From an uncultured virus (IMG/VR IMGVR_UViG_3300016476_001224) (taxonomy: Duplodnaviria > Heunggongvirae > Uroviricota > Caudoviricetes), in the IMG/VR virus record IMGVR_UViG_3300016476_001224: a DNA stretch of 64,000 nt. One strand, written 5' to 3'. The translations under genes and the position numbers were made by a program. The notes beneath the pieces are model-generated. The model ran no database searches, was not told where the DNA came from, and worked only from the letters and a program-made list of their open reading frames with translations. Positions 38,689 through 47,271 of the stretch are shown here, piece by piece. The number at the start of each line of letters is the position of its first letter. The first letter of the stretch is position 1.

Positions 38689-39302
38689 TAGATATATTTG
38701 GAAATGAACCTATTAGGTTAGATAGATTAGTATGTCATTCTGGTGGTGCAGAAGGTTCTGACACATATTGGGAAACCATAGGTGCTAATTATGGTGTGAA
38801 AACTAAAGCATATTCATATAAGACAAAATATCACACATCTGAAAACAAAGTAGAAATTAGTGATACTGATTATGAAGAAGGTGTAAAAGAAATAACTAAA
38901 GCAAACAGAACATTAAATAGATATGGTATTCATAAGTTTATGAACTTACTTGCAAGAAATTGGACTCAAATAAAATACTCTGATGAAGTATTTGCAATAG
39001 GAACTATAGTAGAACCAGGTAAAAAAGGTTCTAAAGGGTTTTATAATAAATCAGAGTTTCAAGTAGTAGATGGTGGAACTGGTTATGCAGTTCAAATGGC
39101 AATAAATAATGGTAGGTTTGTTTATGTATTTGACCAGGATAAAGACAAATGGTTTAGATGGTCACATACATCATTAAGGTTTATTGAAGTCACAAAACCT
39201 CTTAAAATAAGTTATGAGAACTTTGCAGGAATTGGCACAAGAGAGATTAAACCTAATGGAATAAAAGCAATAGAAGAAGTATATAAAATAACATTTAATT
39301 AA
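38685..39302 (+). CDS. SLOG-superfamily-like nucleotide-binding protein
   Basis: CHSGGAEGSD, LARN, GGTGYAV, FAGIGTR. Confidence 0.6.
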   Translation: MIDIFGNEPIRLDRLVCHSGGAEGSDTYWETIGANYGVKTKAYSYKTKYHTSENKVEISDTDYEEGVKEITKANRTLNRYGIHKFMNLLARNWTQIKYSDEVFAIGTIVEPGKKGSKGFYNKSEFQVVDGGTGYAVQMAINNGRFVYVFDQDKDKWFRWSHTSLRFIEVTKPLKISYENFAGIGTREIKPNGIKAIEEVYKITFN

Positions 39303-39306
39303 AAAC

Positions 39307-39702
39307 ATGGAAAAAGATACAATTATAGTTGAAATGACACCTTTCTTATTTGAGGATGGTAAAACTTATTATTTTGATATTAGAAAAGGTTATAGTAATA
39401 CATATCACTATTTATTTGTTTATAAAAAAGTTGAAATTACAACAGAAAGAAAAACTTGGTTTGGTCTTGGTAAAACTGAAACAAAAGTAACAACTGAATA
39501 TCAGTGTATAAATAAGAATAATGGTGCTTTAGTAAATATAAACTTAAATACAAGAGAAGTTAAAAGTGAAATAAAAAATGTCATTGTTGCCAATCAAGCA
39601 GTTACTAAGATAAAAGATTGGGATGGATTTGTTGGTGATATACCAACAGATGCAAAAATGGCTTTATTAAGGGATTCAAAGTTAAATGATTTAGGTATAT
39701 AA
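39307..39702 (+). CDS. Hypothetical protein with C-terminal tag
   Basis: Ends RDSKLNDLGI. Confidence 0.75.
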   Translation: MEKDTIIVEMTPFLFEDGKTYYFDIRKGYSNTYHYLFVYKKVEITTERKTWFGLGKTETKVTTEYQCINKNNGALVNINLNTREVKSEIKNVIVANQAVTKIKDWDGFVGDIPTDAKMALLRDSKLNDLGI

Positions 39703-40130
39703 TGGAAAGATCAGCAGGAATAATTATAATATTAAATAACAAGAAATTACTTTTAAGTCATCCAACTAATTCAAGATGGAATAATACTTACTCATTTCCT
39801 AAAGGTGGAATTGAAGAAGGTGAAAACCAAATTGAAGCAGCCATAAGAGAACTTAAAGAAGAAACTTCTATTGAAGTAACAGAAGATATGATAATTGATA
39901 AAGAGCCAATTATTGTTCTTTACAATGACAGAAAAGGTAAAATATACAAAGAAGTATATTTATTCAAAGTTTATATAAATGATGTAACTGAAATTGGTTT
40001 AACCAGTGAAACTTTACCAAAAGAAATGTTACAAATTGAAGAATTAGATTGGTGTGGGTTTTTAGATAAAGAAGAAGCTAAAAGTAAAATATTCTACAGA
40101 GTAGAACACTTATTAAACTTAATTGACTAA
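39702..40130 (+). CDS. NUDIX hydrolase
   Basis: Nudix box GGIEEGENQIEAAIRELKEETSI. Confidence 0.9.
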   Translation: MERSAGIIIILNNKKLLLSHPTNSRWNNTYSFPKGGIEEGENQIEAAIRELKEETSIEVTEDMIIDKEPIIVLYNDRKGKIYKEVYLFKVYINDVTEIGLTSETLPKEMLQIEELDWCGFLDKEEAKSKIFYRVEHLLNLID

Positions 40131-40158
40131 GTAAGATATAATAAAGAAAAACTTTATT

Positions 40159-40542
40159 ATGACTACTATTGACTTTGATTATAACTACCAACAACCAAGA
40201 ATTGAATTAAATTTAGATAATCCAATTTTTGTATTTTATATATGTGTTAATGGATTCTCAAGACAAAGAGCAGAGGAATATATGTATCAAATTAGAAGTC
40301 AATTTGATATATATAGTAATATAACAATGTGGATTGTAGCTACTGATGAACCAACAAGAATTGAATGTGTTTATGATGGTAAAGGTAGAACTAAGGATTC
40401 TGAAATTGCTGGATTGATTGAACAGATAAATGAAAGAATTACAGTGTTAGGACAATCCCATACATTTGAAGATTTCAAAATAAATATAAGAGATTGGAGA
40501 ATTGATAAAATAGTTAAACATCTTAATGAAGAAGACAAGTAA
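40159..40542 (+). CDS. Mini-protein: portal clip-domain-like fragment plus C-terminal tag
   Basis: VFYICVNGFSRQRAEEYMYQI...MWIVATDEPTRIECV; RDWRIDKIV near the C-terminus. Confidence 0.6.
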   Translation: MTTIDFDYNYQQPRIELNLDNPIFVFYICVNGFSRQRAEEYMYQIRSQFDIYSNITMWIVATDEPTRIECVYDGKGRTKDSEIAGLIEQINERITVLGQSHTFEDFKINIRDWRIDKIVKHLNEEDK

Positions 40543-40876
40543 AAAAGAAAAATATGATGTAGTCAAACGTGAATTAAACTTTGAGTTTATAGAATGGTAT
40601 GACTATTATGATTATTATGATACTGATTATGATTGGTATTATGATGATATGAATGATTTTTCTTATATTAAGAAGGAATTTTATGAAGAGAAATTACATG
40701 GTCCTTTCTTTAGAAGATCAAAGAGTACAAGTCATTATTTTCCATATAGTATAATTGATATGAATTCCTTTTACTCAAAACAAGAAAGAAGAAATAAAAT
40801 CATAGATGAACTTTTAGGTTATTCAAATCCTAAAGTTACATACAAACCAACATTTGCAGATATATGGAAAGGATAA
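40526..40876 (+). CDS. Tyr/Asp-rich protein with tag motif
   Basis: WYDYYDYYDTDYDWYYDD; RRNKIIDELLG. Confidence 0.7.
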   Translation: MKKTSKKEKYDVVKRELNFEFIEWYDYYDYYDTDYDWYYDDMNDFSYIKKEFYEEKLHGPFFRRSKSTSHYFPYSIIDMNSFYSKQERRNKIIDELLGYSNPKVTYKPTFADIWKG

Positions 40877-41283
40877 CACCAAATATGATTAAAAGACTTG
40901 ATAAAAATCAAGTCTTTGTTTTTGGATCAAACAGACAAGGAAGACATGGTAAAGGTGCAGCTTTGACTGCTAAGAATAAGTTTGGTGCTATCTATGGTCA
41001 AGCAAAGGGATTGCAAGGTCAATCATATGCTATAGTAACAAAAGAATTGAGAAGTAACTATAAACCTGTTACTTTAGATGAAGTTAAAGAAGGTATAGAT
41101 AATTTTATTATATTTGCAAAAGAGAATACTGATTTAACATTCTATGTAGTTGAAATAGGTTGTAATTTAGCTTATTTTACAGTTGAACAGATTGCACCTC
41201 TTTTTAGACCAGCATTAAGATTGAAAAATGTTTATCTACCTCAAAGGTTTATTGATAATTTACAAACAGGATTTACTATTTAA
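40864..41283 (+). CDS. Conserved phage protein, macro-like (A1S_2505-like)
   Basis: VFVFGSN..GRHG.GAA, G.QGQSYAI.T, FYV.EIGC..A.F....IAPLF. Confidence 0.65.
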   Translation: MERITPNMIKRLDKNQVFVFGSNRQGRHGKGAALTAKNKFGAIYGQAKGLQGQSYAIVTKELRSNYKPVTLDEVKEGIDNFIIFAKENTDLTFYVVEIGCNLAYFTVEQIAPLFRPALRLKNVYLPQRFIDNLQTGFTI

Positions 41284-41290
41284 AAAAGAT

Positions 41291-41509
41291 ATGGAAACAA
41301 AAGGAAAATTTAAAGTTGTATTTGAAGGATTTCAAAATGAACAACAAGCAAGAGAGTTTGCACAATGGTATTCAGGTTCAGGAGAACAGGATTCTGGAAT
41401 TTGGTTAGAAGAACATTCTGATGTTACCGGTGCATATGTTGAGAAAATTAACAAAGTAAATGAAAACAATGAAATCATTGTACCTTTAAAGATTTACAAA
41501 AAGTTATGA
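41291..41509 (+). CDS. Hypothetical protein
   Basis: Likely start METKGKF; WYSGSGEQ. Confidence 0.65.
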   Translation: METKGKFKVVFEGFQNEQQAREFAQWYSGSGEQDSGIWLEEHSDVTGAYVEKINKVNENNEIIVPLKIYKKL

Positions 41510-41748
41510 TGAAAAAGGTTATGTGTATCAAAAATACCATAGAGTTTGAGAATGATGTCATAGTAAGTGATATGGTTGAAGTTGGTAAAATATATGATAT
41601 GGAACATATAATTTATGGTGATGATAATTCTTTTGACTTATATGATTGTCTTATTTATGACAATGACAATATTTGGAGATTACCATTAAATTTCTTTGAA
41701 CCTTTAGATGAATACAGAAGTAGAATTATAGATAATATTTTAGAATGA
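41506..41748 (+). CDS. Small protein with C-terminal tag
   Basis: KKVMCIK...; ends RSRIIDNILE. Confidence 0.7.
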   Translation: MMKKVMCIKNTIEFENDVIVSDMVEVGKIYDMEHIIYGDDNSFDLYDCLIYDNDNIWRLPLNFFEPLDEYRSRIIDNILE

Positions 41749-42179
41749 ATAGAGAAAAACTAAAAGAACTAATAGAAAAAGAAGGAAATTCATTAGAGTG
41801 GGATTATACCTGTTCTAATGGAGTTATTATTAGTTGTTCTATTCATAGAAATAATGTATTTGCTTTATGTGGTTATATTACGCTAACTAAAGACAATTTA
41901 TTATATGGAATTGATTATGATGATATTAATATAAGCGCACATGGTGGTTTAACATACCAAGGATATGATCAAAATGAAAACTATGTAATTGGATTTGATT
42001 GTGGTCATTATGGAGATTTAACACCTTATTTCTTATTTAAAGAAGACTTTCCATTCTATTCTGATGGTGAATATAGAGATATGCAATATGTAAAATCAGA
42101 ATGTGAAAGTATGGCTGAACAAGCATCAAAATTCAGTAAGTCAATTGAAAGATATAATAAAATTAGTCAGATTATTTAG
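41745..42179 (+). CDS. Conserved phage protein (CGY..HGGLTY..GFDC.H) with C-terminal tag
   Basis: Motifs as named; ends RYNKISQII. Confidence 0.75.
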   Translation: MNREKLKELIEKEGNSLEWDYTCSNGVIISCSIHRNNVFALCGYITLTKDNLLYGIDYDDINISAHGGLTYQGYDQNENYVIGFDCGHYGDLTPYFLFKEDFPFYSDGEYRDMQYVKSECESMAEQASKFSKSIERYNKISQII

Positions 42180-42822
42180 TAAGTAATTCTGGTGTAATAG
42201 TTTTTGAAAATACATCAATCATTCTTTCTGAACCACCTCTTGCAGTAATTTTTTCATCTTTGATGATATTAAATACTTTAGTTGTATTTTCTAAATCAAT
42301 ACTAATATTAGTATTTTGAACTTTTACTCTAATGTCATTAAGTTGTTTATAATTAAATCCATTTCTATCAGGTTTACCTTCCCAAGTAATATTATAGTTA
42401 CTATTATTTTCATCTTTACAAAATAATATAATGCTACTAATAAATGTTTGACGATAAGTAAAAGAAGGATTATAGTTACCATATAATTGAAAAGCATGTG
42501 GATATAATCTTAACTTCTCACCTCTTAAAGTAATTTCAATTTCATCACCTGTTTTAATAACATTTTTAACTTCAATAATTATTTTAGTATTGAACTTTTT
42601 ATATGATAAATCTGTTTTTGTTATATCTTTACCATAAGCTTGTAATTTAGTAATTACATCATTATACATTTCAAGAGTTTTATTGAAATCAAATTCTCCT
42701 GTATATTTAAGTGTAAATTCATTTAATTTTCTTTCAATAGAAAATCCTTCATCTGTAAATTCTACAAAATAATCTTCAAGTTCCATTGAACTACTTTCAT
42801 TAAACTTTTTTAAGTGTTTCAT
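42172..42822 (-). CDS. Leader-bearing protein of the D.GF paralog family
   Basis: MKHLKKFNES..LEDYFVEFTDEGFSI; TTAATATATA on minus strand at 42828-42837. Confidence 0.7.
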   Translation of the reverse strand: MKHLKKFNESSSMELEDYFVEFTDEGFSIERKLNEFTLKYTGEFDFNKTLEMYNDVITKLQAYGKDITKTDLSYKKFNTKIIIEVKNVIKTGDEIEITLRGEKLRLYPHAFQLYGNYNPSFTYRQTFISSIILFCKDENNSNYNITWEGKPDRNGFNYKQLNDIRVKVQNTNISIDLENTTKVFNIIKDEKITARGGSERMIDVFSKTITPELLTK

Positions 42823-42870
42823 ATTTGTATATATTAAAAATTATATGTATATTTGTAGAAATAAAAAGAT

Positions 42871-43119
42871 ATGAAACTAATATTTGAACATCACTGGGGT
42901 GGAGAACCTTGTTCAGGAACTGATATAATTCCTTTTGAATATTCATCCAAAGAAGACTTTGTATTAATGATTTTGGATAAATTTAATTCAAAGTTTTGGA
43001 AAGATAATCATTTCTGTGAATTATTTGGTTCATATTTTTACAAAGATGATATAGACAACTTAGAGTATAATGTTTATACTTTAGAAGAATGGTTTGAAAG
43101 AAAAAAATATAAATTTTAA
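42871..43119 (+). CDS. Hypothetical protein
   Basis: 82 aa; TATATTTG at 42848-42855. Confidence 0.7.
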   Translation: MKLIFEHHWGGEPCSGTDIIPFEYSSKEDFVLMILDKFNSKFWKDNHFCELFGSYFYKDDIDNLEYNVYTLEEWFERKKYKF

Positions 43120-43130
43120 AAAATATCAAT

Positions 43131-43301
43131 ATGTACGAGACTATCAATGATTATATGCAAAATCCTAATATGGATACTAATAAATTAAATGACTTATTAA
43201 CAATGGCAGAAGATTTCAAAAATCAATCTGAACCATTATTTTGTCAGACATTTACTAAAAATGTTGATGAAAAAGAATTTATAAATGACTTACCTTTCTA
43301 A
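43131..43301 (+). CDS. Small acidic protein ending in an SSB-like DLPF tail (56 aa, absent from ORF track)
   Basis: MYETINDYMQNPNMDTNKLNDLLTMAEDFKNQSEPLFCQTFTKNVDEKEFINDLPF*; fills the gap exactly. Confidence 0.65.
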   Translation: MYETINDYMQNPNMDTNKLNDLLTMAEDFKNQSEPLFCQTFTKNVDEKEFINDLPF

Positions 43302-43302
43302 T

Positions 43303-44004
43303 ATGTTTGAAGCAGACGGAGATATGGGAATATATGATGTACCAAGTTGGATAAGTGATTTTGAACCAAAGAGAGCACTTAGGGAATTAAAGATTTTAAT
43401 GATTACTACAGATGATATTAAATTTTCAGTATCACCTGAGAGATTAGATGTTTATAAACCAGAGTTAGATTTCTTAAAAATTAACTGCCCTGATGATGTT
43501 ATAACAGGTTCATTTGCTTTAAATCTTTATAATCTTATTAATAGAGATACTAATGACATTGATATTCTTATCAAAGATAAAAATAGATATAGTTACTACA
43601 ATGATGAACAAGGATATGGTGATGTAGGTTTATCAGAAAATAGATTAGGATATAAATATCATATACACAGAAAAGAAGTTAAGATTAATAATAACTTTTT
43701 ACAAAGTTTATTATTTCCTATTATTCATACAATTAATACTTTAATAAGATTTTTTGGTAATGAATATAACTTCAAAGTTGATTATTTTATAGATGAAGGA
43801 GTTAGATTTAATACCTTTGAATATAAAGGTCACACTTATAAGATACATTGTCCTATACAAATAATGGAACAAAAGTTAGATATGTTTCTTAATGATAGTA
43901 ATAATACACATATACATCTTAAACACAAGAAAGATTTATTTGTAGTTTTTAAACAAATTCAATTTGACCAATTTAAGAAAGGTAACAAAATTGAATTAAT
44001 TTAA
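43303..44004 (+). CDS. Nucleotidyltransferase-fold protein
   Basis: ITGSFAL...RDTNDIDIL, KVDYF; likely start MFEADG. Confidence 0.65.
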   Translation: MFEADGDMGIYDVPSWISDFEPKRALRELKILMITTDDIKFSVSPERLDVYKPELDFLKINCPDDVITGSFALNLYNLINRDTNDIDILIKDKNRYSYYNDEQGYGDVGLSENRLGYKYHIHRKEVKINNNFLQSLLFPIIHTINTLIRFFGNEYNFKVDYFIDEGVRFNTFEYKGHTYKIHCPIQIMEQKLDMFLNDSNNTHIHLKHKKDLFVVFKQIQFDQFKKGNKIELI

Positions 44005-44060
44005 TTTATATATCATGATGTTGCATAAAATTTAATAAATAGATAAAAAGTAGAAAAAAT

Positions 44061-44570
44061 ATGACAGGTTCATTACAAGAAGCAATTAATCTTCAATTAG
44101 AAGAAGCAATACAAAAAATTATAAAATTGTCAAGAGAACAATTTGTTTTGGAAGACCATAACATACATGGTTTTGACCATTGGAATGAAGTAGAACAAAA
44201 TGGAATTATGTTAGCAAATCAACCAGGAGTTGATGTAACTGTTGTTAGGTTATTTGCACATATTCATGATTGTAAAAGATTGGATGACTTTCAGGATCCT
44301 GAACATGGTGATAGGTCGGCTGATTTTGTTAGAGAGATTGAAGAAGAATTATCTACTTTCTTAACCAAAACTCAAATTGACCAATTATGGGAAGCTTGTA
44401 AGTATCATCACAAAGGAGTAACTAATAGAGAAGATATGACAATTGGTGCTTGTTTTGATGCAGATAGAATTGAATTAATTAGATGTGGTTTTGTTCCAAG
44501 ACCAGATTTGATGAATACTCCTATTGGAATTAGAATTGCAGAAAAAATGCAAACTTTACACAATTATTAA
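44061..44570 (+). CDS. HD-domain phosphohydrolase
   Basis: HGFDHW, HIHD, EHG, YHH, DADR. Confidence 0.85.
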   Translation: MTGSLQEAINLQLEEAIQKIIKLSREQFVLEDHNIHGFDHWNEVEQNGIMLANQPGVDVTVVRLFAHIHDCKRLDDFQDPEHGDRSADFVREIEEELSTFLTKTQIDQLWEACKYHHKGVTNREDMTIGACFDADRIELIRCGFVPRPDLMNTPIGIRIAEKMQTLHNY

Positions 44571-44604
44571 AAAATAATCCTTATCTTTGTAGAAATATTA
44601 AGAT

Positions 44605-45243
44605 ATGGCATTATATAATAAATTCAGATACATATTCCCACCTCGTCCAAAGAATGCAATTCCTTCGGACGAGTTATCTTTTTGGGATAATAACTCATTA
44701 TTAGCACAACCAAAACTTAATGGTTCCAATACTACTATTTATACAAATGGTGAGAAACATATTGTAATGAATAGACACAACCAAAGACTTACCAATTTTA
44801 GAATTACTGATACTGAAATTACATCTATGTATAGAGGTAATGGTGAGTGGATGGTAATCAATGGTGAGTATATGAACAAATCTCAGAATGATGAAACTGG
44901 TAAACCATTTAATCACAAGTTTGTTATTTTTGATATTCTTGTACTTGAGGGTAACTATTTAGTAGGAACTACTTTTGAACAAAGAGTTGCAATTTTAAAT
45001 GACTTGTATGGTCAAGTAGATTGTGAGAAAGAACATTTGTATGGTATCTCTGAAAATATCTATAGAGTAAAATCATATAGTGGTAATTTCTTAGAATTAT
45101 ATAATGATTTGATTAAAATTGATATGTATGAAGGTTTAGTTATGAAAAGGAAAAATGCTAAGTTAGAATTAGGTACATCAGAGAATAATAATACTAAATC
45201 ACAAATTAAGGTTAGACGAATTACAAAAAACTACAAATACTAA
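44605..45243 (+). CDS. Minimal ATP-dependent ligase-family adenylation domain
   Basis: Motif I AQPKLNG, NGEY, IFDIL, EGLVMKR, IKVR; TATCTTTG at 44582-44589. Confidence 0.75.
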   Translation: MALYNKFRYIFPPRPKNAIPSDELSFWDNNSLLAQPKLNGSNTTIYTNGEKHIVMNRHNQRLTNFRITDTEITSMYRGNGEWMVINGEYMNKSQNDETGKPFNHKFVIFDILVLEGNYLVGTTFEQRVAILNDLYGQVDCEKEHLYGISENIYRVKSYSGNFLELYNDLIKIDMYEGLVMKRKNAKLELGTSENNNTKSQIKVRRITKNYKY

Positions 45244-45294
45244 TAAAGGAAGGCAATAATTTTTAATATATATAGTAAAAAAATACTATAAATT

Positions 45295-46332
45295 ATGAAA
45301 TTACCTAGTAATTATTGGACAAAAGAAAGGTGTCAAGAAGAGGCGTCAAAGTATAAAAGTCCTAATGAATTGAAAAATAATAATGATTATGTTTATGTAA
45401 AATGTTTCAAATATAAATGGTTAGAGGAATTCTACAAAAACTTTGAAATTAAAAGAGATATTTATTGGACTAAGGAAAGATGTCAAGAAGAAGCATTAAA
45501 ATACAATAATAGAAATGAATTTAGAATTAATTCAAAATCATCTTACACTATTTCACTGAGAAATAAATGGTTAGATGATATATGTTTACATATGATAAAA
45601 AAACCTTCTTCATTTTGGACTAAGGAAAGATGTCAAGAAGAAGCATTAAAATATAAAACAAGAACTGACTTCAAAAATAAATCATATCAAGCATATAAAT
45701 ATTCAAGAATAAATTGTTGGTTTGATGATATATGTTCACATATGCCAATTATTGGTAATATGTATAAAAGATGTATATATTCATTTGAATTTGAAGACAA
45801 TTATGTTTATATTGGTCTGACATATAATATAGATAAAAGAAGTGAAGGTCACTATACCAATATAAGTAGTCAAGTAAATAAACATATTAAAAATACAAAT
45901 CTACTACCTAAATTAACAAAATTAAGTGATTATATTGATGTTGAACTTGCCAAAATAAAGGAAGGAGAATATGTTAAATTATATAAAGATAATGGTTGGA
46001 ATATATTAAATATTCAAAAAACAGGTAATACTGGTGGTATAAGAAAAATAACAGAAGATAAATGTAGAGAGGTAGTTGAAAAATACACATCACTTTCTAT
46101 ATTTAGAAAAGAACAACCTAATATCTATAAAAATATAATTAGATATGATTGGAAACATTTACTCAAAGGTCTTAGTAGAAATACTAAAGAAAGTGGTTAT
46201 TGGACAAAAGAGAAGTGTCAGGAAACTGCATTAAAATACTCACGTAGAATAGACTTTTTCAAAAATGATATTAGTGCATACAATAAAGCACAAAAAAATG
46301 GTTGGTTAGATGAAATATGTTCACATTGTTAA
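45295..46332 (+). CDS. GIY-YIG homing endonuclease with WTKE(R/K)CQE repeats
   Basis: CIYSFEF...VYIGLT....R..H, E and LN; four W-T-K-E-x-C-Q-E repeats. Confidence 0.75.
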   Translation: MKLPSNYWTKERCQEEASKYKSPNELKNNNDYVYVKCFKYKWLEEFYKNFEIKRDIYWTKERCQEEALKYNNRNEFRINSKSSYTISLRNKWLDDICLHMIKKPSSFWTKERCQEEALKYKTRTDFKNKSYQAYKYSRINCWFDDICSHMPIIGNMYKRCIYSFEFEDNYVYIGLTYNIDKRSEGHYTNISSQVNKHIKNTNLLPKLTKLSDYIDVELAKIKEGEYVKLYKDNGWNILNIQKTGNTGGIRKITEDKCREVVEKYTSLSIFRKEQPNIYKNIIRYDWKHLLKGLSRNTKESGYWTKEKCQETALKYSRRIDFFKNDISAYNKAQKNGWLDEICSHC

Positions 46333-46372
46333 AAATTAAAATTAATATATAAAATTAAAATAATAAATAAAA

Positions 46373-46945
46373 ATGGAGAAGTTTTCAAGAATGAAACCTA
46401 AAAATGAATTTGAAGAAGGTAAAGAAAAAGTTCTTTACTCAGATGAAGCCATAAAAGTTATAGACTTTGAAGATTGGTCAGTTATAAAAGAAAGAGACTT
46501 AGTAGTTTGTATTCCTTACTTAATTGAGAAAAATGAATTCATTTTAAGATATGAATATATTCCAACATATAAATATGTAGATGGTCAAGAATATCATGTA
46601 ACTGTAGTTGGTGGTCAAGTAGAAACTGGAGAAGCTATTGAAACTGCAATTTTAAGAGAATTAGAAGAAGAAGCAGGTATAGTTGTAAATGAAGGTTATA
46701 AATTAGATGCTTTAAAACCTCTTTATATTTCTAAAGGATTAACATCTAAATATCATCCTTTTATTATTCCATTAAATGAAAGAGAATACTCAGAAGTAAC
46801 ACCAACTGGTGATGGATCTCAAGTTGAAAAAATGAGTAAATCAGTTAGAGTAAGTGCTAAGTTTATTGAATCAATAAAAACATCAGATTTAATAACAGAT
46901 TATCTACTTTTGAAATTAAAAGAGTATATGAACTTACAAAAATAA
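46373..46945 (+). CDS. NUDIX hydrolase (late)
   Basis: GGQVETGEAIETAILRELEEEAGI; TTAATATATA at 46342-46351. Confidence 0.85.
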   Translation: MEKFSRMKPKNEFEEGKEKVLYSDEAIKVIDFEDWSVIKERDLVVCIPYLIEKNEFILRYEYIPTYKYVDGQEYHVTVVGGQVETGEAIETAILRELEEEAGIVVNEGYKLDALKPLYISKGLTSKYHPFIIPLNEREYSEVTPTGDGSQVEKMSKSVRVSAKFIESIKTSDLITDYLLLKLKEYMNLQK

Positions 46946-46946
46946 T

Positions 46947-47258
46947 ATGAATTATATTTATACTAAAACAGAACACTATAAAATGTTCTGTGAGAAAATG
47001 AGTGACTCACTTAATGGATATACAATTGAACAGGTAAAGAAAGAAATTTCTAAAAATCTAAAATATGATGTTTTAGATATTAAACTATTTGGCTCAAGAA
47101 TAACTGGTGGGTGGAAAGACAAGTCTGATTTAGATGTTGCCATCAAGGACATTGACAAGGTTAATCATAAGATATTTAATAGAACCTACCTTGGAATAAA
47201 TTGTGAAATAAGATTTGTTGAGGATTTTGAAGTCTCTTGGTTAAGAGACTCTGTTTGA
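46947..47258 (+). CDS. Minimal nucleotidyltransferase (MNT-like)
   Basis: LFGSRITG...SDLDVAI. Confidence 0.75.
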   Translation: MNYIYTKTEHYKMFCEKMSDSLNGYTIEQVKKEISKNLKYDVLDIKLFGSRITGGWKDKSDLDVAIKDIDKVNHKIFNRTYLGINCEIRFVEDFEVSWLRDSV

Positions 47259-47271
47259 TTCAATTGTTTAA

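Noticed and set aside
45310..46230. Repeated tggac(t/a)aa(g/a)ga(a/g)a..tgtca sequences
   Set aside because: Protein-coding WTKE(R/K)CQE repeats inside the GIY-YIG gene.
46947..47258. MNT-HEPN toxin-antitoxin pair
   Set aside because: No adjacent HEPN (Rx4-6H) partner is recognisable.
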